Below are positions 39,132 through 48,738 of a stretch of DNA of 64,000 bases, in pieces. The position numbers and the translations under genes were made by a program. The first letter of the stretch is position 1, and every line of letters starts with the position of its first letter. Under the pieces are notes generated by a model. That model had not been told where the DNA came from. It made no database searches and saw only the letters and a list, made by a program, of their open reading frames with translations. This stretch comes from a virus (lineage: Duplodnaviria > Caudoviricetes). Where the stretch lies: IMG/VR virus record IMGVR_UViG_3300025154_000086, positions 1,895 through 65,894 of that record. One strand, 5' to 3'.

Positions 39132-41145
39132 AAATCTCCCTTACATACTCTGCTAACTTTATTGTTCGCCGCAAATCAAGATTCATCTTTTCCGCAATCA
39201 TCTTCAGCATCTTATCCGGTTCAACTTCTTCCCTTAACAAGTCGCTCTTAATATTCATAAATTGCTCCGCAAGTTCCCTTAACTTCGCTTCGCTTAATCC
39301 GTCAATTCCATCTGCCATACCTGCTACTCCTTGCGTTTCAAGCGCCATAATATCGTGGTTTAATATTGCTACAACATCCTGCACATCTTTGCTGGAAGAA
39401 ACCGGATGATCAATTTTATTCCCAAGGTTTAACAACCTTTCCCCTTCGCTTACCCATAAACCGGAAGGAGAAATTTTCTTCATCAATATTTGCAGCTTGT
39501 GTGTTTCTTCCGTGTCATCGCAAATTGCAAGATTGTTATTCCAAACATTCCACCTTACCATTTCGTAAAGCTTAACTTGCTGTTTGTTGCTAAAATTATA
39601 AGTGTTGGCATCCTTCCCCTTCGCCTCAAGCTCCTGCCTAAGCTTTTCATTCTGGAAGTGATCACTGTTTGCCGTTTTTATATTTGGGAATGCTTTTAAA
39701 AATATCGAAAGGATATCGCCTATCTTCAAATAATCAACCGGACAACCGGGAGAGGGTTCAATAACTACAAGTACATCTATTACCGGCTTTTTGTTCGTAA
39801 GGATAACTTCGGTTTCAGCGTCTAAGAATAATTCCATTCTCTTTACGTCAATCGTTTCGCCGTAACCTACGCCAACAATAAACCTATCCTTCGTTTTACC
39901 CGCGTCATAAGCAAGGCATCTTTCACGCTTGTCTCCCACAATATTTATCACTTCAATGCTTGAAACTGTTTTTGTTTGTCCGTTCTCTAATTTTCGATAC
40001 ACTTTAGTTTGCTTGTAATGTATCTTGTTTTTAATCGCCGGATCAACAGCTTCTTTTAGTTTAAAAGAATAAGGCTGGTAAAAATTATCCTTGCTTATCG
40101 GCTTTACACAACCGAACCGGCAATTTGCACGTAAGGGATTTGTCCTAAACTCCTTTTCAAACATCGCCTCGGTTCTTGCCGGGTTAAAATCCCAAGTTGT
40201 TGCTTTCATTCCGTACATATCGGGATTCTTTAGGGTTCCGCTCTCATCAAGTTCTTGCGATAGCTCAAACCGGTAGTTCGTTAAGTCGAAATCCGTTTCA
40301 TTCGGATAAGCCCATTCCATTGTTTTCCCAACGTTACCGGGAAAACTTGCCTTTGTATTTCCTAAAAGAAGTTCTAACAATCCCTCTGCCTGTGCATACG
40401 TTACTTTTGTTTCAGCGCGTGAAAGTTCGTCTGCATAGCCCCTAAGCATGTGTATGCCTTCCGGCGCTTGCTTGCTGCTGTTAAAAGATAAAAGCCTTAT
40501 GCTTCCGCCTCCGCTCTTTTTTGTCGGGAAAATAATTTCTTTCTTTTTCAGATCTCCAAACTGCTCTCTAAGGTCCAACCCCGCAAACTTCTCAAACCAA
40601 TTTTCTCCGGTTTTAGGGTCTTTTGTTAGTTTTAACACGTTCTTAACACTCTCAAAAAAAGCGTGTTTAGCCTGCAGTTCATTAACAACACTAACATTCA
40701 CCAGATCGAATGTCTTCTCCGGAGGATAGGGCACAAGCGAACCGGTTATCTCTCCAAAGTATTCGTGCGGTTTCTCTAAACAACTTATCCGATAGGTTGC
40801 GTAAGCAATATCACCCTCAGCCCAATAGTTTTTCCCTCCCTTCATCCCAACAAGCAAAACGATCTCGTGAAACTTCTTATCCCAAATAGCCGGATCATTC
40901 CCCCAAACAGCAAGATAAGCATCTCGCTGAAGTTTGCCCGGTTCTCTGCCTAAGAATTCTCTTAGGAAAGAAATCACGTCTGCAACATCGCCAACATCGC
41001 GCCGGTATATTGCGTTCTTACTCGTTTGTATCGATAATGTGTACTTCCGTTGGTTGTCCTGATTCCTCCACCTTCTCTTCGTTCTTGGCGAATAACTCTC
41101 TAACCACGGGGTTAATTTCGATTGCTCTTGTTCTAAGTCTAACAT
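39121..41145 (-). CDS. terL: terminase large subunit (start uncertain, probably near 41020)
   Basis: VGMKGGKN Walker A variant, YADE Walker B, RNase H acidic residues AYDAG and KIDHP...KDVQD. Confidence 0.85.
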   Translation of the reverse strand: MLDLEQEQSKLTPWLESYSPRTKRRWRNQDNQRKYTLSIQTSKNAIYRRDVGDVADVISFLREFLGREPGKLQRDAYLAVWGNDPAIWDKKFHEIVLLVGMKGGKNYWAEGDIAYATYRISCLEKPHEYFGEITGSLVPYPPEKTFDLVNVSVVNELQAKHAFFESVKNVLKLTKDPKTGENWFEKFAGLDLREQFGDLKKKEIIFPTKKSGGGSIRLLSFNSSKQAPEGIHMLRGYADELSRAETKVTYAQAEGLLELLLGNTKASFPGNVGKTMEWAYPNETDFDLTNYRFELSQELDESGTLKNPDMYGMKATTWDFNPARTEAMFEKEFRTNPLRANCRFGCVKPISKDNFYQPYSFKLKEAVDPAIKNKIHYKQTKVYRKLENGQTKTVSSIEVINIVGDKRERCLAYDAGKTKDRFIVGVGYGETIDVKRMELFLDAETEVILTNKKPVIDVLVVIEPSPGCPVDYLKIGDILSIFLKAFPNIKTANSDHFQNEKLRQELEAKGKDANTYNFSNKQQVKLYEMVRWNVWNNNLAICDDTEETHKLQILMKKISPSGLWVSEGERLLNLGNKIDHPVSSSKDVQDVVAILNHDIMALETQGVAGMADGIDGLSEAKLRELAEQFMNIKSDLLREEVEPDKMLKMIAEKMNLDLRRTIKLAEYVREIYDY

Positions 41146-41794
41146 AACTATCGTCTGATAATACTTCCATTGCTAAAAACAGTGTGTCTAAAACTTCCTT
41201 TACTTGGGTCAACCCCTTAGCTACAATCTCTAACTCAACAAATGCCTTAAACTGATTTCTTAACTCCGCAATTGCCTTTATCCTAAGCGAATCTCTTGCA
41301 TAAAAGTTTCCGGCTTCGGCTATTGCAAGTCCAATACGTTTATTGAGTGCATCCTTTTCTTTTTGCAACTCAATCATTCCGGCTTCTGTACTTACCTCCG
41401 TACTTGCATCCAAGAATTGGTCAACCTTTTTATTCAACTCTTGCAGCTCACTTACAACATTTTCGCTTTTCTCTTTCTGCTCACCCTGTATCCCCTCAAG
41501 ATTAACAATGCTGTACCTCATCCCCGCCAAAATATCGATTACGTTGTTTACAATTATTTCACTCTTGTTCGTTATGGCAATAGCGTTGGCGGTAATGCTA
41601 AGTTTGTTTTTGTGCGCTTGCTTCATTGGTCTGGACCTGCGCGTCTTTTTCCCTTTCGCTTCGTCAATGTACTCGGCTTTTATCCTTGCAATCTTGGAAG
41701 TGCTCTTGAAGCCGTATTTTTCCATTATTTCACGAAAGGGAGTGTGCTTTTTAATAAGCTCAACTATCTCTTGGTCGAATTCTTTTGTCCGCAT
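41018..41794 (-). CDS. terS: putative terminase small subunit
   Basis: N-terminal HTH plus helical region, directly upstream of terL. Confidence 0.55.
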   Translation of the reverse strand: MRTKEFDQEIVELIKKHTPFREIMEKYGFKSTSKIARIKAEYIDEAKGKKTRRSRPMKQAHKNKLSITANAIAITNKSEIIVNNVIDILAGMRYSIVNLEGIQGEQKEKSENVVSELQELNKKVDQFLDASTEVSTEAGMIELQKEKDALNKRIGLAIAEAGNFYARDSLRIKAIAELRNQFKAFVELEIVAKGLTQVKEVLDTLFLAMEVLSDDSYVRLRTRAIEINPVVRELFAKNEEKVEESGQPTEVHIIDTNE

Positions 41795-41813
41795 AGGTAT
41801 AGACCGTTCTTAT

Positions 41814-42650
41814 CTACTGTTCTTTTTGTTCTGATTTTTCGGACTGTTCTGCAACGTCTGTTCTACCCGCATCATTTAAGGGGAAAATGTTAGTCTGTTC
41901 TGGTTTTTCTTCGCTGTTCTGCTCTTCTTGCGGCGCGTTCTCTTTTTGGTAAAAAGGAGCTACTGAGGAAATTATTGATCTGAAACAAATCATATCAATC
42001 TCAGCATGATAGAGAATGTCTCTTTGCGGCACATAGCTAATTAACAGCCTGCTTGCATTTGTTCCAATGTGATCAATAATGCTGATATTTTTCTTCCCAT
42101 TTGTAAGTGTTGTATGCTTCTTCAAAAACACCCGCGCAAAATCAAATACCGGTTTATCTTCCGACTTCTCAAAACCGGGATCAAGCGAAATCTTTTCAAA
42201 ATTATATTCAAACGTATCTGCTACAGTCCCGTCAACCATTAACAGAAACCGCATAACATTAACGTTATCCCAATTACATTCAAACATGATCTTCTTACAT
42301 TGTAAAACGTTAATAACAAGCCCCTTGGCTGTAAATATTAACGGCATTGTGGCTTTTCTGCCGATGTGATTAAGTTGTTGCGATAAGTTCCCCATCACTT
42401 GTATTATCCCTAGTTGCGCCCCCTCATCCTTTGTTGCCGCAACTCCACCGATGAAATAATTTGTCTCTAACTGACGTTGTTCAATTTGTTCAAGTCGCAA
42501 TACTAACTCATCAAATCGGCTTAGTAGCATCGAACTCAACGCTGAAGCCCAACTGTTTTGTTTCTCAACAATCTTTTCACGCGCTGAATTGATCGCATTA
42601 GTAATCGGTGAAAAAATAAATGCCAAGATTGAAATGAGTAACTTTTTCAT
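41814..42650 (-). CDS. hypothetical protein with signal-peptide-like N-terminus
   Basis: 278 aa; MKKLLISILAFIF. Confidence 0.6.
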   Translation of the reverse strand: MKKLLISILAFIFSPITNAINSAREKIVEKQNSWASALSSMLLSRFDELVLRLEQIEQRQLETNYFIGGVAATKDEGAQLGIIQVMGNLSQQLNHIGRKATMPLIFTAKGLVINVLQCKKIMFECNWDNVNVMRFLLMVDGTVADTFEYNFEKISLDPGFEKSEDKPVFDFARVFLKKHTTLTNGKKNISIIDHIGTNASRLLISYVPQRDILYHAEIDMICFRSIISSVAPFYQKENAPQEEQNSEEKPEQTNIFPLNDAGRTDVAEQSEKSEQKEQ

Positions 42651-42694
42651 AGTACGTTCCTTTGTATTTTGTTGATTGAATTCTGTTATTTTTT

Positions 42695-43111
42695 TTAAAA
42701 TGGAAGGTCTTCTTCCGTTCCTGGTTGTAATTCTCCGTGCTCTTCTTCATGTTGGTTTTGTCCGCTGCTTTCGTTTTGCGCCTCACCTTTCCGGTCCACA
42801 GGAATAACTTGTTTTGCTATTACTTTAGTATTGTAGTGAGTTACTCCATCTTTCTCATATTTATCTGTTCGCATTTCTCCCGTAACTAAAACCTTTGCCC
42901 CTTTTTTTAATCTATCCTTCAAATAGTCTGAAGGATTCCAAAAAGTAATGTTGTGCCAGTCGGTTTCTTTTTTCCACTCTCCGGCTTTATCCTTCCAATT
43001 TCTTTCCGTTGCTACGCTAAACGATGTAACGGTGTTTGATCCTGCCGTTCTTGTTTCACAATCCTTCCCCAACGTTCCTAAAAGTGTTACCTGGTTTAAT
43101 GTAAATGACAT
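42695..43111 (-). CDS. ssb: single-stranded DNA-binding protein
   Basis: LNQVTLLG, SVAT, TDWH motifs; acidic tail EEDLPF. Confidence 0.95.
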   Translation of the reverse strand: MSFTLNQVTLLGTLGKDCETRTAGSNTVTSFSVATERNWKDKAGEWKKETDWHNITFWNPSDYLKDRLKKGAKVLVTGEMRTDKYEKDGVTHYNTKVIAKQVIPVDRKGEAQNESSGQNQHEEEHGELQPGTEEDLPF

Positions 43112-43129
43112 GAGTTCTTCTCCTTTGCG

Positions 43130-43459
43130 TTAAATGATATAATTGCTTATTTGATAATGTACCTTCTTCGCCGTGCCTTCGTTTGTTGTTACCTCAAACT
43201 CTAATTTCCCGGTAAAATTTGGGCGGAATCTCCCCGTCATTAGCAAAACTTTTATTATTTTTGATTCGTAAAAATGGCGTTTGTTTACCCCTATGTCTTC
43301 GTTGTTTGCCTCAATCCTTTTCAACTCTCCCCGTCTCCATCTCGTTACAATCTTTGTTATTACCTCCCCTTGAGTTTTCCCATTGTCAGTCAATTCTGTA
43401 AATATTTTTCCTATTTCTTCAATGTCAAATTTCGGCTTCGTTCTTTTTCGCTTCTCCAT
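43130..43459 (-). CDS. hypothetical protein
   Basis: 109 aa with RBS. Confidence 0.6.
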   Translation of the reverse strand: MEKRKRTKPKFDIEEIGKIFTELTDNGKTQGEVITKIVTRWRRGELKRIEANNEDIGVNKRHFYESKIIKVLLMTGRFRPNFTGKLEFEVTTNEGTAKKVHYQISNYII

Positions 43460-43522
43460 CCTTTGTAGCTCCTTGTTAATTTATTGAAAATCCTATATAG
43501 CAACTTATTTTAATTAATTTAA

Positions 43523-44194
43523 TTATGCAATAATTATTTTGTAAAAGTTCGCAACATACTCAGCGATGTGCTTCTCCGCTGCCAACATTGCCTCGTTTTC
43601 GCTGTTTGCCATAATATCACTTTGTAAACTTTCATCTCCTTTGTTATTCGGGAGCTTTACAACATATTTTATTTTTTCAAGATGAACGGCTTTTATAATA
43701 ATCGCTATCGTCATATCGTTTATTCTGCCTATCCTCATCCATCTTCCAAACTTATCATCAGCTTCGGTTGTGCTGTAACGTTTCTCCCAAACAATACCGG
43801 CAATGTTGTTCTGCCGTTTACCGAGTTGGTAGGCTTGGGTTAATTGTTCGTCAAATTGCTTTTGGTCGTTTTCAATAATATCGTTTATAGCTTTACTATA
43901 ATGAATTTTACACCACGTTGTCACGTAATCTTTAAACCATTCTTTATTGGCTTTAAATTTTGGTTCCGTAGATGTAAAAACCTTTACCAAATTATCCTCA
44001 TAATATTTAATAACACTCAACAAATCAGCGGTGGTGGCATTGTGCATCGTTGCAATTTCAAGCTCGTTTGTCTCTGTGTTAAATACTCGTATTCCGTAAT
44101 CATGGAACATTCCCTGCATTTCCCCAACTGTCAGAGGTGTTTTTCCCGCTTCCTCTTTCACTTGCTTCCGGTTAAATACTTTTTCTAAGTTCAT
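43523..44194 (-). CDS. hypothetical protein
   Basis: 223 aa, coupled to the replication initiator gene. Confidence 0.65.
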   Translation of the reverse strand: MNLEKVFNRKQVKEEAGKTPLTVGEMQGMFHDYGIRVFNTETNELEIATMHNATTADLLSVIKYYEDNLVKVFTSTEPKFKANKEWFKDYVTTWCKIHYSKAINDIIENDQKQFDEQLTQAYQLGKRQNNIAGIVWEKRYSTTEADDKFGRWMRIGRINDMTIAIIIKAVHLEKIKYVVKLPNNKGDESLQSDIMANSENEAMLAAEKHIAEYVANFYKIIIA

Positions 44195-45213
44195 ACCTTT
44201 TTCTCCGTTATGCTTTTTGAATTAATTATATCCTTCAAAATTGAACTGAAATTTTCCTCTCCCGGCGGTCCTTTGCCGTCACTCTGCAACATCTTTTCCG
44301 CCTCAGCTTTTTCTTTTCCCTTATCCAACTCTGCCAATTCTTCACGGTAAATGATTATCGCATCCTTAATTTTCCCCTCAATTCGTGAGAAAATATAAGC
44401 AAAGTTTTTCTTCTCCGACGGATTCCCTTTGTATTCTCCAAATACAACTAATGCTATTTTATAACACCGGTCTCGTGGAAGAACACTCTGAAAAATTATG
44501 TTAAATAGCCTCGTTCTAATCGATTTTGTTATTTCCAATTCCCAACAGTAATGTCCTATTATGTCACTTAATGCGGCTTGTAAAAAGTAAGGATCGTCAA
44601 AATTTGAAAACGTAAAAAAGTAAGGAGTTTCTTCCGTTTTTGTTTTCTCTTCTTTACTTTTGTTTTCTATAGTTTTCTTTACTTTACTTTGTGTACTAAA
44701 CTCTGGTGTAATTCCCGTGTTAATGGTGGTTCCCTCCGGTATTACTCCGGTGGTAATTGGGGTTTCCTCTGGAAATAACTCAAATGTTGTAACTTTCGGT
44801 GTTTCCTCTTCGTCAATCAAATTATATTCATGACTAATAACACTATGTTTCCGCTTTGCATCGGCACAAATTTTAAGATACCTTTTTTGTATTCCTCTCC
44901 CGGTTAAAACCTTGTACTTGTCAAATAACTCTTTACTAAAAAAATCTCTTTTCAATAATTCTGTTATAACCCCGTCAACAATTTCACTCAAATTATCACA
45001 TCCCGGCGCTCTCAATTTACTTACAAACAAAACCTTAACATCTTCGTCCCATTTCGTTAAATATCCGTTTCGGTAAATACGTTCGAGCAATCTTGCTGTA
45101 ATTGCCTCCCCGATCAATCCGTACTTAGCTGGGATAAATTCAGTTTTCTCATCTTCATAAAAGTCAACGTTATATGGGAAATAACTTATCCCTACTTTTG
45201 TCGGACGCGCCAT
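44191..45213 (-). CDS. DUF4373-type phage replication initiator
   Basis: MARPTKVGISYFP..VDF..D.K and LT.RGIQKRY motifs; low-complexity linker. Confidence 0.75.
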   Translation of the reverse strand: MARPTKVGISYFPYNVDFYEDEKTEFIPAKYGLIGEAITARLLERIYRNGYLTKWDEDVKVLFVSKLRAPGCDNLSEIVDGVITELLKRDFFSKELFDKYKVLTGRGIQKRYLKICADAKRKHSVISHEYNLIDEEETPKVTTFELFPEETPITTGVIPEGTTINTGITPEFSTQSKVKKTIENKSKEEKTKTEETPYFFTFSNFDDPYFLQAALSDIIGHYCWELEITKSIRTRLFNIIFQSVLPRDRCYKIALVVFGEYKGNPSEKKNFAYIFSRIEGKIKDAIIIYREELAELDKGKEKAEAEKMLQSDGKGPPGEENFSSILKDIINSKSITEKKV

Positions 45214-45226
45214 AATAAAGCCTTTG

Positions 45227-46683
45227 TTAATTTAATTTTACTTGATAATGGACCAACACCGCGCCCCCATCATTCCAAAGAAACGAACCGCGTCCTAAAC
45301 CTGTGTACAGTTCAAGTTTCCGTTCGCCGTTCTGTATTTCGATGCCGTATTTAATCTTACTTGAGGTCAAGTGATCAACCGCCTGCGTAAATGTCAACTT
45401 TTTTTCAACAATTACATTCGCCGAATGGAAAAGAATATCTCTCTTTTTCCTTCTTTCTTCCAAAAGCCCAATAATCCATGCAATCATATTTTTCCTCTTT
45501 GGTTTAATTAGTTTAACACTCATTGCATTCATCGCCGCCACAAATCCAATTGGCTTCATCTCTTCCATTTTTATTTCCATTTTAAGCGCCTTCCTTAAAT
45601 TTTAGTGATGAAATAAATTCAAACATCATTTCCATTTCCGGGTTTCGCCAAGCTGCGTTCAAATATGTTAGCTGCATTGGTTCTTCATCTGCATAATGAT
45701 GTTTATTCTCTTTAATATGCCGCAAACATGCTTTCTCCGTAAAAAAACAATTATCGTAACTAACTATTTCCTGGTATTCAATTTCTTCATATTCAATTTT
45801 GTCCTCCTCTTCCTCATCTTGATCTTGATCTTGATCTTCAAAATCTTGGTCTTCTTCTTCAAACTTCTCTTTCCAAACCGGTCCTCCATCTCGATATTTC
45901 AATTCTTCTTCTTCAGCATTAAGTTGTAGGCTAAGTTGATTTTTGTCGCTTTTCTCTTTTTCTGTTTCCTTTTCTGGTTCTTCCGGTTTTTCATCGTAAA
46001 TCTCATCACTGTTTGGATCAATGTAGGCAATCCCGTCACCTTGCTGCAAATCTTTTCCGTAAACTCTATCAGTCCTTTTCACCTGGAAGAAATAAGGTTT
46101 TGCGGTCGTCCTATTATCCTGTGTGTTAATTTCATTCTGCAAGTTCTTTAAGAACTCATACTGCTTTTCCGTAACCTCAATTAACGGCATACTATTTCTC
46201 CTTTGAATTTGTTTTAATTTTCAACTTCATTTCAGCTATACGCTCATCTGAAGTATCTTTGTTGAATAAAAGATAATCACTTAAAATATTAGCTAACGTT
46301 TCGTTTATTAACTCCTTATTTCTCTCCAAATGTTTTCTAAATTTTTTTGATAATTCTTTATTTACTTTGCCCCCATCTTTTATTATTTCAAAACCATAAT
46401 TTTTATAATTTGTAACGATTTCCCTCATATCGACAAAACTCTCTTGTCGCCAATACACCTTCCACCGGTTCCGGTAATTGCCGGTTCCTTCGCATTCGCT
46501 TTCACCCGGTTTCTCTATCTTTGCTATCACCGCTTGCGCAATTAACTTTTTGTTGTAATAAAAGAAAATTGTGTCTCCAACTTTCGCCTTAACCGGCCAA
46601 ATAAAAGCCCAAAACTCCCAACTATCTTCCGGCGGCTCTTCCCAAAAATGCCCTATTACTGCATCTGAAACGTTAATTTTCAT
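45227..46683 (-). other. three hypothetical phage ORFs (45227-45580, 45582-46190, 46192-46683)
   Basis: tandem ORFs; the middle one has TQDNR.TA.P and AWRN.EM motifs and an acidic insert. Confidence 0.6.
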
Positions 46684-47557
46684 TCTTTACCTCTTTTGGA
46701 AATTCATTGTGTTCTACTCCGTCTAATAATCGCCCGGCTTTTTTCTTACCATACCATACATAATTATCAAAACTATATCCGTTAGGGATTGTTAATTGTT
46801 TATATTTTTTAGATGTTTTTTTATTAAATAATTCCAAAAATATTTTCGGTTCTAATAAATCTTCATGTATCCATTCTCCCCACTGCTTAAAAAAGAAAGG
46901 CACGTTTGCTGCTTTACATTGATCTCTTAAACTGCGTACCCAATCCGGATGCATGGGTCGCGCGTTTGGTCCGCTCTCACCTCCGCAAATAACCCAATCA
47001 ATTCCGTGTAGCCAAAGTTTCCTTATTGGAGAATTATTCCCATCCTGGTATGCACCCCATTCATAGTTAAGATCAATTGCTCCCAACATCGGTTCTACGC
47101 TTAAAAACCTAACTGCCGCCGGTGTTTGTAACAATAAAGGAATCCTTTCCTTTGCCGTTTGTTGATTTTCTACAGAAACGCCAAGCCAAAGGTTTTTCAA
47201 TAATGGAATTCTTGGTCTGACAAACCAATTCATTCTATCCGCTCTTTTTGTTAATATTTGGAAAATATGTTGTGGGCATTGCAACATTATCTCAAATACT
47301 TGTTGTACAAAATCAAACGACACACTTTCGTGAAACAGATCACTCATAGAATTAACAAAAATCTTTGCTGGTTTCTTCCAATGCAAAGGCTGTGTTAATC
47401 TCTCTTCGTGGCATTGTACATCGGTAAATTTCCTTTCTCCCCAAAACCTTTTCGCAATGGTTTCAGCATAACAATTTTTGCACCCTTGCGAAACCTTCGC
47501 GCATCCCGTAACCGGGTTCCAAACTTTGTCAGTCCATTGTATTTTTGTGTCTGCCAT
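46673..47557 (-). CDS. DUF5131 (gp37/gp68) radical-SAM-like protein
   Basis: WNPVTGC.KVS.GC.NCYA, FVNSMSDLFH, GGESG and FFFKQWG motifs. Confidence 0.9.
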   Translation of the reverse strand: MADTKIQWTDKVWNPVTGCAKVSQGCKNCYAETIAKRFWGERKFTDVQCHEERLTQPLHWKKPAKIFVNSMSDLFHESVSFDFVQQVFEIMLQCPQHIFQILTKRADRMNWFVRPRIPLLKNLWLGVSVENQQTAKERIPLLLQTPAAVRFLSVEPMLGAIDLNYEWGAYQDGNNSPIRKLWLHGIDWVICGGESGPNARPMHPDWVRSLRDQCKAANVPFFFKQWGEWIHEDLLEPKIFLELFNKKTSKKYKQLTIPNGYSFDNYVWYGKKKAGRLLDGVEHNEFPKEVKNEN

Positions 47558-47752
47558 ACTGCTCCTTTATTTACTTTCTGCTAATATTTCTAAATGGTTA
47601 TACTTCCACTGGGGAACGAAACGGTTTTCCTTCAAATCCTCCTTTACCGATGCTATCAACTGCTTTTCCCATTCTGTTAAACCCTTCTTTATTTCGGCTT
47701 TCTTCAAATTGTCTTCGATAAATTTCTTCCGTAAATCCATTTTGTCACCACT

Positions 47753-48370
47753 TTAGTTAATTCTTTTAAATTCTATTTTCCAAACCCAAGGATTCTTCTC
47801 CCAAGATTCTTTTCCGTTAATCTTTATCCACAACTCTTCATAACTGCTAAATGCGCTTAAGCAATATTGCTTGCTTTTGGTGTTACTGTAATCCAGATAT
47901 TTCCCGTCTATTCCTTCAATCCCTTCCGCTTTTGCATCTTCTTCGCTAATGTTATCTAATCTCTCAACTCGTATATTAACTATTTCAAGCTGTATCCGTG
48001 AAGCATTTCGAGGCATAAAAATAGACGGTTTCCATTTTGCTTTTGCACCAACCGGCACAAACAAATCATCAGCCTTGTAATAAATTTTACCGAAAAAATC
48101 TTTCCCGAAAGTTTCCCTTACCCAAAGCTGATCACCGGCTTTGCCGTAAGGACAAAAGACGGATTTACTTTCTCCTTCCCAAGTATCGTATTGAAAAGGT
48201 TTCCATTCTTCTTTGTAAATTTGATCCCAATCCAACACCGGTGAATTTTTCATAAACGTTATTCCATTCTCATCCGGCTGCGGTTTAACAATTCTTCGCG
48301 TCTGCGTTTTTCTCCCTTCTAAAATCGCTTTCACCATTTCGCCGCTAAATAATATTGGATGTTCTTTCAT
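47753..48370 (-). CDS. ASCH/PUA-like phage protein
   Basis: PILFS..MV.AIL.GRKTQTRR, WKPSIFMPR and NPWVW motifs. Confidence 0.75.
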   Translation of the reverse strand: MKEHPILFSGEMVKAILEGRKTQTRRIVKPQPDENGITFMKNSPVLDWDQIYKEEWKPFQYDTWEGESKSVFCPYGKAGDQLWVRETFGKDFFGKIYYKADDLFVPVGAKAKWKPSIFMPRNASRIQLEIVNIRVERLDNISEEDAKAEGIEGIDGKYLDYSNTKSKQYCLSAFSSYEELWIKINGKESWEKNPWVWKIEFKRIN

Positions 48371-48738
48371 TTAGTTTCCTTTGCGAATTCTGGGTAAACT
48401 ATCCCCTTTTTTAAGATATAAGACTTTCTATGTAATACTATTTTTGTTCCACAATCCATGCATTCCCATATTTTACTTTTTCTTTGTCCATAAAAAGTAC
48501 ACGTTCCTAGCAAAACAAATCTTAGATTACTGTGTCCACAAAAAGACTTTTTCATTTCTTATCCCCTTCTGAATAATCTTTTGGTACATATACTGCTACT
48601 GTTTTATTGTTGTTGACTTCGTGCAAAAGTTTTACTTCACCATTAAACGATGCGTTAGCAAATATCATTGTATTTTTAAGTCGCTCGTTGTAATTCGTGC
48701 TCTTTTTTATTCCAATTTTATTCCTAATTCTCAACTTT

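Noticed and set aside
45780-45990. Acidic DQ/E-rich tract as a DNA mimic
   Set aside because: Low-complexity hexamer slippage (TCTTGA) inside a common phage protein; no structural support.
47741-47765. Additional attC-like site at GTTAATT, a gene end
   Set aside because: No partner arm or complementary cassette end found.
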